A stretch of DNA of 63,996 nucleotides, counting the filler, from Asterionella formosa (taxonomy: Eukaryota): NCBI GenBank assembly GCA_002256025.1. It is 14 parts of 14 records of this genome, joined end to end, with 100 filler letters (N's around TTAATTAATTAA, not from the genome) between each part and the next. Parts side by side here need not be neighbours in the genome. Positions count along the whole stretch, not along the records: positions 47,570 to 48,974 come from NKIB01002597.1; positions 49,075 to 50,479 come from NKIB01002598.1; positions 50,580 to 51,996 come from NKIB01002599.1; positions 52,097 to 53,499 come from NKIB01002600.1; positions 53,600 to 55,001 come from NKIB01002601.1; positions 55,102 to 56,504 come from NKIB01002602.1; positions 56,605 to 58,007 come from NKIB01002603.1; positions 58,108 to 59,510 come from NKIB01002604.1; 6 more parts are not named here. One strand, given 5' to 3'. Below, in pieces: positions 47,570 to 59,610 of this stretch. Position 1 is the stretch's first letter. Each line of letters begins with the position of its first letter. A program made the translations under genes and the position numbers. Under the pieces are notes generated by a model. The model ran no database searches, was not told where the DNA came from, and saw nothing but the letters and a program-made list of their open reading frames with translations.

Positions 47570-48974
47570 GTAAAACCGGATGGGTTTGAGTATTACGAAA
47601 TGATTCTTGTATATGTTGATGACATTCTTTGCATTTCAGCGCAGCCTCGAGCGACTATGAGCGGGATACAGTCGACCTTCAGATTGAAGGATGATAAAGT
47701 CGAGAAGCCGGAAAATTATCTGGGAGCCCAGGTAATGCAGAAAATAGTCGGCGGAGTTGAGTGTTGGGCCATGACTTCCGAGCAGTATGTCCAGGCAGCC
47801 ATCGCCAACGTATAGTTCAAACTCGACGAGTCGGGTCAGCGGCTTCCAACGAGGTGCACTACCCCATTGCAGGGGAATTATAGACCGGAACTGGATATTT
47901 CTGCCGAACTCAAGATTGAAGGCGTGAGATACTACCAGGAATTGATCGGCGTGCTCCGCTGGGCAGTGGAGCTTGGACGAATAGACATTGCTATGGAAGT
48001 TTCTATGTTATCTACTCACCTAGCGTTGCCGAGGAGCGGACACTTACAACAGGTATATCACATTTTCGGATATTTGAAAGCGAAACCCAAGAGGACGTTG
48101 ATCTTTGATCCGACACACCCCGATATAAACGAGTCCAGGTTTGTTAAATGCGATTGGCACGACTTTTACAGGGGAGCGCAGGAGTCTATTCCAGGGGACG
48201 CACCCAAGCCCAGAGGTAACGTTGTAACTACTCACTGTTTTGTGGATGCGGATCATGCGGGGAATCGGGTGACGAGGCGCTTGCAGACCGGGATTCTGAT
48301 TTTTGTGAATCGTGCTCCAATTATATGGTACAGTAATCGACAGAGCACTGTCAAGACATCGATGTTTGGTAGCGAATTTGTGGCACTGAAAATCTCGGTT
48401 GCACTGATCGAGGCATTGAGGTATAAGCTGAGACTGTTTGGAATCCCAATTGATGGACCGACTAACGTTTTCTGTGACAACGAGGTGGTGATGAATAGAC
48501 ATTGAAAAAGAAACATAATGCGATAGCGTATCACAGAGCGATAGAAGCTGTGGCGGCAGGGACGATTCGGGTAACGAAGGAAGATGGAATTTGGCTGATG
48601 TGCTCACGAAGCCATTATCCCAAATTACACGAGAGTATTTGTGCGACAAGTTCATGTATTGATGGCTGTTGGATCACAGTGGGTCGAAGATTGAAGCCAA
48701 GGTTCATCGCGATGTCACAACCTATGACACCGGTTACCTCCTGGGCACGCAATGACGTGTGGCACCGAATCCAGGTCGATGTTTAGTTGTATATTTGTTT
48801 GGTTTCATCTCCCATGTATTCGAGGGGACTGAACGAATATTGCAGTGCAGTGTGGGCGCGTGGATGAACGTACCGTGTCATACGGTACAGGGGACTAACT
48901 AGCCGTTAGAGTGTTTTAGCGATAGTACAGCATGCAAGCTTGGAGCAGCGAATGCGCTAGAACGGCGTAGGTTT
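47570..48974 (+). mobile_element. CoDi-like copia RT C-terminus, RNase H, polypurine tract and start of 3' LTR (degenerate)
   Basis: LVYVDD, YQELIGVLRWAVELGRID, FVDADHAG, SEFVA, FCDN, KKHNAIAYH; stop at 47813-15 and later frameshifts; GAGGGGA at 48822-28 followed by TG at 48830. Confidence 0.92.
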
Positions 48975-49074
48975 NNNNNNNNNNNNNNNNNNNNNNNNNN
49001 NNNNNNNNNNNNNNNNNNTTAATTAATTAANNNNNNNNNNNNNNNNNNNNNNNNNNNNNNNNNNNNNNNNNNNN

Positions 49075-50185
49075 TGAATGCTGCAACTCGATCGAAAATG
49101 GAAGTTCGTTCAAAAGCTACTTGGTCACTGCATTTTCCCGGTGCAATTACACCAAAATAAATAAATCTTGAGTCAGCATCACAAACAGCCTGGACATTGA
49201 TTCCATAAGTCATGTAGTGACCGGAAAAAAATGAACCAGGGTTGTTGCCACTTTCAACTATAGTCGGGCGGTTGATGGTGGCTAGGAAGCCGTCAATAGC
49301 ACCAACACATCCTCTCATCATGCCCTCTGAGCTTTTGCATTCAAAGCTGGAAGCCAATTTGATAAATTCTTCTTTTTCTTTTGGAAAAACAATTTCGAGT
49401 TCTCCACAGTTTAGTACAGCATCAATGAACAAATCACGACATCGATAAAGTGAAGCAATGCTACAACCGTAGGCATGACGAATGTCGATGTAACTGCCAC
49501 CAGCCAGCCATCGCAAACCAATGGCTACCACAATTTCGGGAATTATGGGCTCAGAAGTGCCACATTTGGAATAATTCCCTGCAATCTGAATTTCCAGCAT
49601 GGAGGTGAGTTTTTTGAATGCTCTGTGTGACATTCTGTATGTCTTCTCGAAAGCAATCTCGTGATTGAGTTTCTCGACATGTGATTGCCAGGAGATTCTT
49701 TCGTGGTGCCACTTGTGCCTTCGTTGTCGTCGTCGTTCAGATGACTGAAGCTGCCGTTTACAGCGTCGCCTTTGTCGTTTGGATGAGTGTTCTTTTTCCT
49801 CTGCTTCCTTAGCTAAATGACAGAGGAAGAAGAAATCAAGATCACTACTGTCATCGTCATTATCATCAAGTAAATCAAATGGCGACGACATGATTCATGC
49901 AAATGTGTGTTTTTAATATTATATTTAGTTTCCCGGTAATTATATTTTGTTGTTGCTTGATATCAAGACCATCATTATATTCCGGAGGGATATACACATG
50001 ATCTTCGCCAGCCAGTTGCCGTTGAAGATTCATTTTACTCCATGATACAATGTGATCACAAATTAGTGATACAGTGACACTTTTGGAATGAATGAAATTC
50101 AGTTCAAATCGAGTTACCGTTGCTGATACATTTTCAAAAAAATTCAAATTCCGTGATACACGAAAAAAAATGATAAGAACGACCC
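49075..50185 (-). mobile_element. PIF/Harbinger DNA transposon 5' part; transposase ORF 49891 to contig end
   Basis: YRMS..F..L, LRWLAGGSY, GCVGAIDG, NVQAVCD (HARBI1/DDE_Tnp_4-like); candidate terminus TTA|GGGTCGTTC at 50185 on the minus strand. Confidence 0.88.
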
Positions 50186-50579
50186 TAAGTTTGAAATCAA
50201 ATACGCTGCATACCGGTATTGATGTGGTATTCCTGTGTCGCTGTGGTTTCCTTGGCTGCTGTGTACCCTGGTACCAGGTACCTATCTTACCGGGACATAT
50301 GCATTATGATGGGAAAAAGCAGAGCACAAAAAGAATACTGGTATGTACGGTACATACAGTTTACAAAACTGAATCGTTGGCTGTGCTTGGCACTGCACAC
50401 CCATTTGAAGACAACACCATGAATATGGATTACCATACTGTACTTACTACGTATGTACTAGTACCTACCTGGTTGATGCNNNNNNNNNNNNNNNNNNNNN
50501 NNNNNNNNNNNNNNNNNNNNNNNTTAATTAATTAANNNNNNNNNNNNNNNNNNNNNNNNNNNNNNNNNNNNNNNNNNNN

Positions 50580-51996
50580 GTAATATTCCATCGTGTGGAT
50601 GCAAGAACAATTGTGATTCAAATGAAGACTGCCTGGATGTGTCAACTTTGTCAGCACCATTGTGTTCATTGTTTATCATCATTTCATTCCTCATTCCATT
50701 CAACTGGTCCTTAATTCCCTCTAGGTTTGATCCAACAACCTTCTGAATTAACTGAACCATTCGAGACTCCGACAATACACCTCCAAATGTCCGATCATCA
50801 AGCATTTTTTCGAATTCCTTTAGCAGTGATGGTCCAAGTGCCTGTAGTTCGCCTCTCATGCTCCTGATGGCTGCAAGATGGGCAACATGAGGAGGTATAC
50901 CTGTTAACTTCACAGCAAATGAGGATTCTTCCTCACATGAAAGATATCGAACAAAAATATGTTCATCAAGTGCCAAAAACTCCCTTGATGTGTAGATAGC
51001 AGTCTTACTCACTGCCGACTTGTCAGTACAAAGTTGTTGGAGATGTTTTCTGTGGTGCAGGATACATGCTACTAGTCCAACACGAAGAAATGGAAGCACC
51101 ATACTAACTTGCCAGTGAATCACATCACCAAACAGGGAACGTAAAGCCAGAATCACTTTTCCATCAAGCTCTGTTTGCTTTACTCGTGCATTTGCATCAT
51201 TGGGGTTTCGAATCCAAAAGTTTGGTTCTGAAACCGCAAAACAAGCAGATAGCACCACTGGCAATCCAGCCAATATTCGACCAACATGCATAGTGGTCAC
51301 CTGCCTTTTCATAAAGCATATAGACATCTCACACAGTGCCTAATGTCCAACCACCTCGATTGTTGATTGCTACACTTGATGGACTTGCTGTAGAGCCACT
51401 CGATGCATATGTTGTTGCACCCTTCCTGATGCTGTGAGTACCAATATCCTCCACCTCATATCCATCTAGATCGCCTTCATGTCCATGTAACAACCTCTTG
51501 ATAATTTTTCTGAATCGATCTTCCTGCTCTGCACCAGGAAACAATAGACCATCTGTATCTTGTAGAATTTTCCGGAAAGCATGTCATGTACTCAAACAAT
51601 GCAGTTATTGGGCACAATGCAAAATCTTCAGGGTTGGTGTAGCAGTGTCAGGGCTTGAAATTCTTGGAGCCATCTTGATCATTTTTTGTATGAGAAAATC
51701 GAATCCCCACAGCATCTTGACTCCAAACCAAATGCTTGATACAGACACCATCAGTACTACTATCAACACAGCACATCAAATTCCAAGTTAGACATAAAAA
51801 TGCACGTGCAAAAACAGCTGATGGAGAGCCATCTTCAATCAACCATATGCTTATTTTTCGGTACAGGTTGATTGTCAATTCACGTTTTCCTTCCTCAAGG
51901 CTACCCATCCCATCTTGTTTTGCCTTACTTGCAATTCGTTTGACGCCAGCAATGAGATCTTTCAGCTCATCATCAAAGTCGTCTGTAACCTTCATC
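50580..51996 (-). mobile_element. Crypton-like tyrosine recombinase transposon fragment, copy 1 (frameshifted)
   Basis: TWNLMC, HTKNDQ, LFPG, GTHSIRKGA (HxxR), RGGW...VY; stops and frameshifts; catalytic Arg codon changed to Cys. Confidence 0.85.
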
Positions 51997-52096
51997 NNNN
52001 NNNNNNNNNNNNNNNNNNNNNNNNNNNNNNNNNNNNNNNNTTAATTAATTAANNNNNNNNNNNNNNNNNNNNNNNNNNNNNNNNNNNNNNNNNNNN

Positions 52097-53499
52097 GGAG
52101 CTCATATGTGCTAAATTTGATGTGTCTTGATATGGTGACAAGGAAGGGCATACTGTTGACAAACATGATGTCACCTGCAAGTGTCACAACACGGTACTTG
52201 TCGATAATCCCGGCGGGGATGGTGGTAGAGCTGGTCCTCACTGGCACTGAACCACGGTGCACTGTTTTCCCTTTTAGCGAGCCCACATCGGGCCCGAAGA
52301 TTTGTTCTGCCGCTATAATGTCATCGCGTGTGATTGGGCAGTTTGGGAACAGGTTTTTCTCGACAATCTTGATGAATGTGCGGGTACTAGGACGCCCAAT
52401 AACCTTCTGTATCTTTCGGGCTAGCACAGCTTGTGAGTAGTCACGTTGGGAGTAGCTAGTACGGTTATCGTCTACCGTATTGATAAGGGTGACTCCAGAG
52501 CGATCCTTTGTATCCATGTAGTATAGGCCTTTCATTGATTCTTTGAACACTCTATAAGTTCCGTCATGTTTGTGAACATGGAATGCATTGCCCTGGCTGC
52601 TATCAAATGTTACCCTGTATCCATGCTCCTTGACACGTGCGAGGGACAGGATGTTCGCGATTCCCTTTGGGTTGTACCATACTGTTCCATATCCATGAAG
52701 GTCTCCTATGAGTTGGGTGCTGACTATACCAGCGTTGCAGTGGATATCCATCTTACTGGTGTGGACACGGATGTTGCGTAGGAGTTCCGCGTTATGGAAC
52801 ACATCAACTGTTGACTGATTGTCTAATAGTATCCATGTACGTGGTAGCCTTCCATCGGGCCCAATTTTCAGACTCACTCCTCCTTGATTTAGAAATTGGA
52901 AGTGTACATTTTCCTCGAATTCTCCCTCATGCACACCATCCATTAGTAGTGTGGTGGCGGACTGGGTCGATGTCGTTTCAGTTGTGGGAGGAGTACTGGT
53001 GGTCAAATTCCTAGGGACAGGTGCAGGCTCCTCACATTCCGTAGCGTAGTGCCCCTTCTTTTGGCATCGGTGGCACATGATGTGTGCCTTTCCTTTTGGC
53101 CTTTTCCGCGCGCCATTCTCGCTGTTGTTGTTCAGTGTCGTTCCATCTTCGTCATTCACATTGTGAAAGGATACGCCGTCACCAACTGCCCCTACTTCGC
53201 GTAGCCCATGCCGTGGATCCTGCTTCCAGTTTGTTAGTAGATGGTAGGCTGCACTGACGGTCTCGGGGTAGTTGTTTCGTCCTTGTAGGAAGTCGTTCTC
53301 CATATTTTCAACCAGACGGCCGTAGCGTACACGATCAGCTCCTACTAGGAATGCTACTGCTGTGAATCGCTCGAGTACCTCTGCCTTGAGTTCACTTAAC
53401 TGTTGATCATTCATGTTCTCCTTGCTAGTTGTCTTTTCATTCAGAATCATGTTCTCGATTCCTGAGTCGCCAGCAATGGTCCCTCCGCTGTGATCAATA
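52097..53499 (-). mobile_element. CoDi-like copia gag-protease-integrase N-part, copy 1 (open frame)
   Basis: LVENMENDF..G.NNYP, zinc knuckle CHRCQKKGHYATEC, protease WILLDNQST, ANILSL, CPITRDDI..A..IFGPD..SLKGKT, DIMFVN. Confidence 0.9.
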
Positions 53500-53599
53500 N
53501 NNNNNNNNNNNNNNNNNNNNNNNNNNNNNNNNNNNNNNNNNNNTTAATTAATTAANNNNNNNNNNNNNNNNNNNNNNNNNNNNNNNNNNNNNNNNNNNN

Positions 53600-54562
53600 C
53601 AACTTGGCAGTGTACAGCTTCCACCAGTTGTAACCATCGGGGATTTCATCTGCCTTCAGTTTCTTCTCCGTAACAATTTTCATGTACTGTGTAAGTTTAC
53701 ACATACAGTCAGTGAACGAATTATGAAACTCACGGAGAGATCCTCTTTCAGTAAGACAGAGTTTGTCCAACACCTTGTTGTACTTTTTGATCCAGTGAAT
53801 GACCAATTCTTCCCCTTCGTAGTATCCACGGAGTTTGTGCCAAGCTTCATGTCCATCATGCTCCTCATTGGTGGTGAGTGCCAATCTTGCAACTGCTGTA
53901 GTTGAGATGGAAGCAACCAACATGCCCCAGACAAGGCTGTTTTCATCAGGGTTCCTATGGGCATAGTTTCTGGATTTGATCACCTTGATGAGGTTCGAGG
54001 TTGCAAAATGCCCGATACTCTGCTGGCTCCATTCCAACCAATCTCCGTGGTCGCCGGAAAATTGTCTGAGCTGCTGGACAGGTGTAGTGAAGACACGTTG
54101 GACTGATTTGTTCCCGGGCCCCCAGTGCACAAGAGGTGCTGGGGTGGGCCAGTTATGAGCTACATGGCTGTAGCGAGCTGCCACTTCACGTTCCATCTCG
54201 TAGAAGTCCTCCGGGATCTCCTCAATTTCCAAGAGCTGCCACTTAGCTAAGACAGTAAGCCATTCGAGAGCAGGTTGGACTGAATTGATAAATGCTGGGC
54301 TTTGGATTTGGTGAACGTTAAGGACGTTGCGCAGGTTGTCCATCCCAGTCACTTTCATGGTGGAAAGGATTTTCCGCATTGCAACAGCATCAGTATACCC
54401 ATCTTCATTGGGGTCATCCGAATGCCTAAGATCGACAAGGAGAAGATCGAGGATCATCTGATTTAGCTCGGGAGATATGCTTTCAACATTATTCTGCACG
54501 GCCACAATGGCATCGACCGCACGGTTGTGAATAGGTAGATCCATATTTGGGCTGGTACTCAT
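53600..54562 (-). mobile_element. Copia-type gag-like ORF, N-terminal part
   Basis: FSGDHGDWLEW and DGHEAWHKLRGYYEG resemble copia gag motifs; frame open to the contig end. Confidence 0.7.
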
Positions 54563-55001
54563 CTGTGTGTTCGAGATAACGTGTTAGTCAGTTTTATAAA
54601 CAAAGGTGATCATCGGGTCTTTATTCTTTTTGTTATTGTAATTTTCCTTTCAGAATTTACGTATGAACGAACGAACAAACGAACGAAGAACGAACGAACG
54701 ATCGAATATATAATGGAAGATACGATAGGGTTCGTGGATTTGGACCCCCTCATCCCCGAGGGGTTGATTGTCATGTCGTAAACAAGACATCCTCCCTTGA
54801 ATATTGTACATGCGTTACTTATGCGGGTCACACTTGGATATCCCTGGCCGGGATCCTCCACAGCCACCTCCACACATTGAATCCCCTTAGGAATAGAGAG
54901 CCAGAAATGAACTTTGCTACTTTAGGCCACTTCCGTATGGGTCTGATGGTCCATTGCTGATGAAATCCAGCTTTCCGTTCGCTCCGGGTGCATTACTACC
55001 G
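54563..55001 (-). ncRNA. Structured 5' leader upstream of gag, homologous to 63842-63992
   Basis: 107-nt ungapped match to the last contig, several hairpins, a (TTCG)n tract, and GACTAAC...CAG directly before the ATG. Confidence 0.55.
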
Positions 55002-55101
55002 NNNNNNNNNNNNNNNNNNNNNNNNNNNNNNNNNNNNNNNNNNNNTTAATTAATTAANNNNNNNNNNNNNNNNNNNNNNNNNNNNNNNNNNNNNNNNNNN
55101 N

Positions 55102-56504
55102 GGAGCTCATATGTGCTAAATTTGATGTGTCTTGATATGGTGACAAGGAAGGGCATACTGTTGACAAACATGATGTCACCTGCAAGTGTCACAACACGGT
55201 ACTTGTCGATAATCCCGGCGGGGATGGTAGTAGAGCTGGTCCTCACTGGCACTGAACTACGGTTCACTGTTTTCCCTTTTAGCGAGCCCACATCGGGCCC
55301 GAAGATTTGTTCTGCCGCTATAATGTCATCGCGTGTGATTGGGCAGTTTGGGAAGAGGTTGTTCTCGACAATCTTGATGAATGTGCGGGTACTAGGATGC
55401 CCAATAATCTTCTGTATCTTTCGGGCTAGCACAGCTTGTGAGTAGTCACGTTGGGAGTAGCTAGTACGGTTATCGTCTACCATATTGATAAGGGTGACTC
55501 CAGAGCGATCCTTTGTATCCATGTAGTATAGGCCTTTCATTGATTCTTTGAACACTCTATAAGTTCCGTCAGGTTTGTGAACATGTAATGCATTGCCCTG
55601 GCTGCTATCAAATGTTACCCTGTATCCATGCTCCTTGACACGTGCGAGGGACAGGATGTTCGCGATTCCCTTTGGGTTGTACCATACTGTTCCATATCCA
55701 TGAAGGTCTCCTATGAGTTGGGTGCTGACTATACCAGCGTTGCAGTGGATATCCATCTTACTGGTGTGGACACGGATGTTGCGTAGGAGTTCCGCGTTAT
55801 GGAACACATCAACTGTTGACTGATTGTCTAATAGTATCCATGTACGTGGTAGCCTTCCATCGGGCCCAATTTTCAGACTCACTCCTCCTTGATTTAGAAA
55901 TTGGAAGTGTACATTTTCCTCGAATTCTCCCTCATGCACACCATCCATTAGTAGTGTGGTGGCGGACTGGGTTGATGTCGTTTCAGCTGTGGGAGGAGTA
56001 CTGGTGGTCAAATTCCTAGGGACAGGTGCAGGCTCCTCACATTCCGTAGCGTAGTGCCCCTTCTTTTGGCATCGGTGGCACATGATGTGTGCCTTTCCTT
56101 TTGGCCTTTTCCGCGCGCCATTCTCGCTGTTGTTGTTCAGTGTCGTTCCATCTTTGTCATTCACATTGTGAAAGGATACGCCGTCACCAACTGCCCCTAC
56201 TTCGTGTAGCCCATGCCGTGGATCCTGCTTCCAGTTTGTTAGTAGATGGTAGGCTGCACTGACGGTCTCGGGATAGTTGTTTCGTCCTTGTAGGAAGTCG
56301 TTCTCCATATTATCAACCAGACGGCCGTAGCGTACACGATCAGCTCCTACTAGGAATGCTACTGCTGTGAATCGCTTGAGTACCTCTGCCTTGAGTTCAC
56401 TTAACTGTTGATCATTCATGTTCTCCTTGCTAGTTGTCTTTTCATTCAGAATCATGTTCTCGATTCCTGAGTCGCCAGCAATGGTCCCTCCGCTGTGATC
56501 AATA
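55102..56504 (-). mobile_element. CoDi-like copia gag-protease-integrase N-part, copy 2
   Basis: Same length and breakpoints as 52097-53499, about 17 substitutions by eye; open frame. Confidence 0.9.
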
Positions 56505-56604
56505 NNNNNNNNNNNNNNNNNNNNNNNNNNNNNNNNNNNNNNNNNNNNTTAATTAATTAANNNNNNNNNNNNNNNNNNNNNNNNNNNNNNNNNNNNNNNN
56601 NNNN

Positions 56605-58007
56605 GTAATATTCCATCGTGTGGATGCAAGAACAATTGTGATTCAAATGAAGACTGCCTGGATGTGTCAACTTTGTCAGCACCATTGTGTTCATTGTTTA
56701 TCATCATTTCATTCCTCATTCCATTCAACTGTTCCTTAATTCCCTCTAGGTTTGATCCAACAACCTTCTGAATTAACTGAACCATTCGAGACTCCGACAA
56801 TACACCTCCAAATGTCCGATCATCAAGCATTTTTTCAAATTCCTTTAGCAGTGATGGTCCAAGTGCCTGTAGGTCGCCTCTCATGCTCCTGATGGCTTCA
56901 AGATAGGCAACATGAGGAGGTATACCTGTTAACTTCACAGCAAATGAGGATTCTTCCTCACATGAAAGATATCGAACAACAATACTATGTTCATCAAGTG
57001 CCAAAAACTCCCTTGATGTGTAGATAGCAGTCTTACTCACTGCCGACTTGTCAGTATGAAGTTGTTGGAGATGTTTTCTGTGGTGCAGGATACATGCTAG
57101 TCCAACACAAAGAAATGGAAGCACCATAACTTGCCGGTGAATCACATCACCAAACAGGGAACGTAAAGCCAGAATCACTTTTCCATCAAGCTCTGTTTGC
57201 TTTACTCGTGCATTTGCATCATTGGGGTTTCGAATCCAAAAGTTTGGTTCTGAAACCGCAAAACGAGCAGATAGCACTGGCAATCCAGCCAATATTCGAC
57301 CAACATAGTGGTCACCTGCCCTTTCATAAAGCATATAGACATCTCGCACAGTGCCTAATGTCCAACCACCTCGATTGTTGATTGCTACACTTGATGGACT
57401 TGCTGTAGAGCCACTCAATGCAAATGTTGTTGCACCCTTCCTGATGCTGTGAGTACCAATATCCTCCACCTCATATCCATCTAGATCGCCTTCATGTCCA
57501 TGTAACAACCTCTTGATAATTTTTCTGAATCAATCTTCCTGCTCTGGACCAGGAAACAATAGACCATCTGTATCTTGTAGAATTTCCGGAAAGCATGTCA
57601 TGTACTCAAACAATGCAGTTATTGGGCACAATGCAAAATCTTCAGGGCTGGTGTAGCAGTGTCGGGGCTTGAAATTCTTGGAGCCATCTTGATCATTTTT
57701 TGTATGAGAAAATCGAATCCCCACAGCATCTTGACTCCAAACCAAATGCTTGATACAGACACCATCAGTACTATCAACACGGCACATCAAATTCCAAGTT
57801 AGACATAAAAATGCACGTACAAAAACAGCTGATGGAGAGCCATCTTCAATCAACCATATGCTTATTTTTCGGTACAGGTCGATTGTCAATTCACGTTTTC
57901 CTTCCTCAAGGCTACCCATCCCATCTTGTTTTGCCTTACTTGCAATTCGTTTGACGCCAGCAATGAGATCTTTCAGCTCATCATCAAAGTCGTCTGTAAC
58001 CTTCATC
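56605..58007 (-). mobile_element. Crypton-like tyrosine recombinase transposon fragment, copy 2 (one premature stop)
   Basis: TWNLMCR, HTKND, PRHCY, CPITAL, GTHSIRKG, RGGW...RDVY in one frame, broken only by CGA>TGA at 57530-32. Confidence 0.88.
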
Positions 58008-58942
58008 NNNNNNNNNNNNNNNNNNNNNNNNNNNNNNNNNNNNNNNNNNNNTTAATTAATTAANNNNNNNNNNNNNNNNNNNNNNNNNNNNNNNNNNNNN
58101 NNNNNNNGGCACAGTGTGAATTGCAATCACGTTTTGTTGGTTTGCTGATCAATGCCAGTACAGACGAAGCATTTTGCTTCTTGGTGCTGAAAGGAAAATT
58201 CAGATTGCAACAAAAATATTTGGTTTTCAATCCAGTGTCGCAGGAAATTTCAGAGAAGGAACGATATTCGTCATTCTACTGATTTTGTCGACATTGGTGG
58301 GAAACCACTTATCAAAACAAGTGTGAGGGAAGAAAGTTCAGTTTCAAATGGTCTCACTGATCAATGGACTGATGATATTGATTTACTCGGTTATTATAAG
58401 GAAATCTACACTGGACTTTCACAAAAGAATCGATCTGAATATGGAAGTAATCCTAGTGGTTTTGCTACTTCCACAACAAATATCAGCTACCCACACTCAT
58501 ACTTCTCATTTCCCAATGTAAGTGAAGAGGATATGCATCAATATGTTGAACCACTTCAACCAAATGTTCCTGAGAAGAATATTGATTACAATGAAAGCAT
58601 TAATCAACGGGACATTGATGACAACGTTGATTTTGAATGGATCTAATAGAATCCAATGCATGCTTAGTTAGTACCGTAGTTACATAATAAAAATAGTTCT
58701 TGTAAGACTTCTACAATGCACAAACCATATCATAGATGTTAGGAAAACATTGATGTTACTCTATACTACTAGTAGTGGCGCCTGTACTGTATGTAGCGGT
58801 ATACCTCCATTTTTACTACTATGGTGGAGTGATAATTTCACAACTCTGTTTTGTCCAGCACAGCATGATCGGAGTGATGCTAAATTTATTATTAATAATT
58901 CATTTTCATGATATCCTGTTCATATCCTGAATTTGTCATCAT

Positions 58943-59506
58943 TTGAAATTTGCAATGTCTTTGCGGACATTGTATTGGTGTTATCTGTGTAACTACAAAT
59001 TTCGGAAGAACAAATCCCCATCTGAGTCTAACAATCGAAATTGTAGCAACAGTGTTTCCTATGCATATGGTCACTGTCAACATAGCATGCAAGAACATCG
59101 AGTTCCTGGAATACAGAATGAAACTATGTATTGCGGTAGTGCATCGAATCATTCAAGGAAAGAAGTTGATGGCAGTGTAACTGCTGCAGCATTTAGGGAG
59201 AGTAGACAACAAGAAGAGATTATGTGTGCTTTCCTTGAATCAAGTAGCCACAATCATCCATTTCATGAAAACAGCGACGATTCAGTTGATAACAATATTC
59301 AGTCACAACTAAACGAACAATTGAGACTAAAAACTCTCCAAGGATTGAATTCAGAGACGATGCAATATTCAGATTTCCAAGGTCACACCGGCTTTGTCCC
59401 TGAAAATGCAATGGAATTGCCCCTTCCTCCTCAATTTCAACTTCCAAGTAAACATTCCCTAAACATGCGCGCATCCAATCGAATTAGAACTCATGTTATT
59501 CCTTAA
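58943..59506 (+). other. Unassigned ORF with CxxC...H pattern, possibly transposon-derived
   Basis: YWCYLCNYKF...H; lies on a repeat-class 1.4 kb contig; no family recognised. Confidence 0.25.
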
Positions 59507-59610
59507 CGAGNNNNNNNNNNNNNNNNNNNNNNNNNNNNNNNNNNNNNNNNNNNNTTAATTAATTAANNNNNNNNNNNNNNNNNNNNNNNNNNNNNNNNNN
59601 NNNNNNNNNN

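Noticed and set aside
54745..54845. CGCATGTAC...TTC.AGGGAGG resembling group II intron domains V-VI (minus strand)
   Set aside because: A hairpin can form, but there is no AGC/CGC catalytic triad or canonical 34-nt domain V geometry.
54957..54975. CTGATGA as a hammerhead ribozyme core
   Set aside because: It is antisense to gag, the homolog reads CTGCTGG, and no correctly placed stem II-GAAA follows.
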